A stretch of DNA of 64,000 bases, from assembly GCF_009834535.1 (NCBI RefSeq), contig NC_045696.1, positions 64,668,001 through 64,732,000 on the forward strand, in the 5' to 3' direction. Below are positions 62,003 through 64,000 of this stretch, one piece after another; the stretch's first letter is position 1, and each line of letters begins with the position of its first letter. The position numbers and the translations under genes were made by a program. Under the pieces are notes generated by a model, which saw only the letters and a list, made by a program, of their open reading frames with translations, made no database searches and was not told the origin of the DNA. This stretch comes from Camelus ferus. Lineage: Eukaryota.

Positions 62003-63545
62003 CTGGTAAAACCTCAAGGTACAAGTCAGAAGTTATGAACAAATAGGCTAAGAGATGCCCTGAAGGACAATGAATGAGGGCAGGGGCTGGGAATAAGATT
62101 ATAAAGAGTGGGAGGAGGGGACCGTGTTGAACTGGAGAGCAGCTTCTGCTTAATGGGAGCAGCTGCTGATTATTTCAGCGTTGCTTGGTGGCCATTTGGG
62201 AATGTGAAGCAGTACAAATGTAATTTTCCAAAAGAGAAAAACATGACTGTCTTCCAAACATTGTTGTGAGCACATGTCAAAGGTGAATCTAACTCATTAT
62301 TAAGATTTTATCAAGATGATAAAGCTGGTTCAAAGGAGGAAATGAGAGATTGGCATATTTATACAGTCAGTAGAAGAAAGAATGCTTAAATAAGATTAAT
62401 TTAGTTACAAAACCAGTTAACACCCTACAGAGTAATAAAACTGTTACTGACAGGATTATTTTTTCTGCTGGACAAAAATAATTTCAAACCAGTCTTCTAC
62501 AAGTTAACACCTAACTGTAAATGGTCTTGGCCCTAATCAATTGTAAACAGTAAATCAAACAATATTACATCCCTAGCGTCTAGGTCCTAGATTGCCCAGG
62601 GCTGAGATCATTGTATAAATCTTAGAAAGGCTTTTGGACAAGGCTCTCTTAAAATGTAAGGAACATGTAGGAATCATTTTGAGTTATTTCCAACACTGGA
62701 ATCATTTTTTCTTAACAAGGAAGACCAGCAGACCTTCCATTTTTAAAAGGAGACTGAGAATCAGGGCTTACATGTGAAATTTTTCCAGTAACAAATATAG
62801 ACGAGATAAAACGGGCTTGAGGACGGGTGACCATGGATTGCCACCTTGCAGCCCAGGCATAAACCATTATTGCATTTGAAAATTCCAAAAATATTCTATT
62901 CATCATTCGATGCCACTCATTCTATCCATTTTCTTCACTCTTGTGTTTCATTATTAAAGCCTATTACCCAGCTTCTGAGAACAGAGCTTCCAGGACAGTC
63001 TCTGGTTCAAATGTCTGTACCAGGTATTGCAGGCCTCAGCTCTCCCTGTGTTCTTCAGAAAATTTCAGCTGCTTTGCTTCCTCGTAGCCTGCTTTCTTTT
63101 ATAATTTCAACCTGAGCTACAAGCTGCTTACCTATCAATATTTAAGGACTTCAAGGTGAGACTGAGAATGAAAGAAATGTCTCGGCAGATTAAGACCAAG
63201 ACCATTTAAATCCTTACTACATCCTTACATTCTTAGGTAGAGGGATGCGATTTGAGGATTTTCGTAAGAAGAGAATTTTTTCTGCCTGCTTTTTCCTTTG
63301 TTGTTCCAAGGTTTTCTACCCGTTAAGCCAGTATATTTCAAGCCTCAGAAGGAGGCCAGATACAACCCAGAACAAAGAAATCAATGCTCAGCTTTGAATT
63401 TCAAATTAGACTTTAAAAAAGGGCCCAAAGAGAGGAAATAGACTTGAAACCCAATGCAGGTTGCTTGTGGGATTTTTTTTCCCCACATTCCAGAACTCTG
63501 ATTTTGCATATAAAGAGCCCAAGTTGGCTGGACTGTGAGTTCTGA

Positions 63546-64000
63546 ATTCATTCATTCATTCATTCATTCATTCATTTATTCACTCATCCTACAATTAGTT
63601 ATTGAGCATCTAAAACCTACCAGGCATGGGATATGCAGCGGTGAATAAAACAGAGAATTCTCGTAGAGTTTACATTCTGATGGGTGCAGCTGGGCAATAA
63701 GTATCTCACAAATAAACAAATAATGAGTCGGGTGGTAATAAATGCCACAGAGAGAAGAGGGAGGAGAGAAAGAGATGAGTGTCACAGAGGGTACGGTTGC
63801 CATTTTGTGCTTGGTTGAGCCGGAAGGAAGGTCTCCCCGATGTGTGATAATTGATCAGACCTGAAGGCAGCGAGGGAAAAGCCATGCGGAGATCTGGATC
63901 TGAGCAAAGGGAACAACCTGTGCAAAGGCACAAGTCAGGAGGAACTAAAGTGGTGCCAGAGAGGAGGAGCGAAGGGCAGATCACGTTGGGTTTCACAGGT
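63546..64000 (-). mobile_element. L2 LINE 3' end with expanded (ATTC)n tail; runs off the window end
   Basis: (ATTC)n at about 63546-63576 followed by 'ttattgagcatcta...ccaggcatgggatatgcagcggtgaataaaacaga...tttacattctgatggg...agacctgaagg'. Confidence 0.88.

Overview
Mammalian non-coding DNA, most likely camelid (alpaca, llama or camel). It carries two Vic-1-type tRNA-Ala-derived SINEs and young artiodactyl-type L1 3' ends, and I saw no Alu, Bov-tA/BovB or PRE1 elements. I recognise no cellular protein-coding gene. The ORF track consists of chance ORFs plus retroelement remnants (L1 ORF2 C-terminus at 24950-25138, CR1/L3 ORF2 C-terminus at 47315-47593). The window looks like the interior of a very long intron or an intergenic region. 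It is filled with ancient eutherian repeats (MIR, L2, L3/CR1, L1M, MER3/MER5/MER20/MER58, MLT1/MLT2), an ERV1-like solo LTR, younger L1 insertions with target-site duplications, and microsatellites. The most notable non-repeat signals are a strong 14-nt microexon or recursive-splice-site candidate at 2628-2641 (+), a CpG-retaining patch ending in a perfect minus-strand donor (about 28.9-29.35 kb), and several repeat-free, motif-dense candidate cis-regulatory islands. Repeat families were assigned by eye from remembered consensus sequences, so subfamily names and the boundaries of old elements are approximate. I cannot support a novel biological system from sequence alone.
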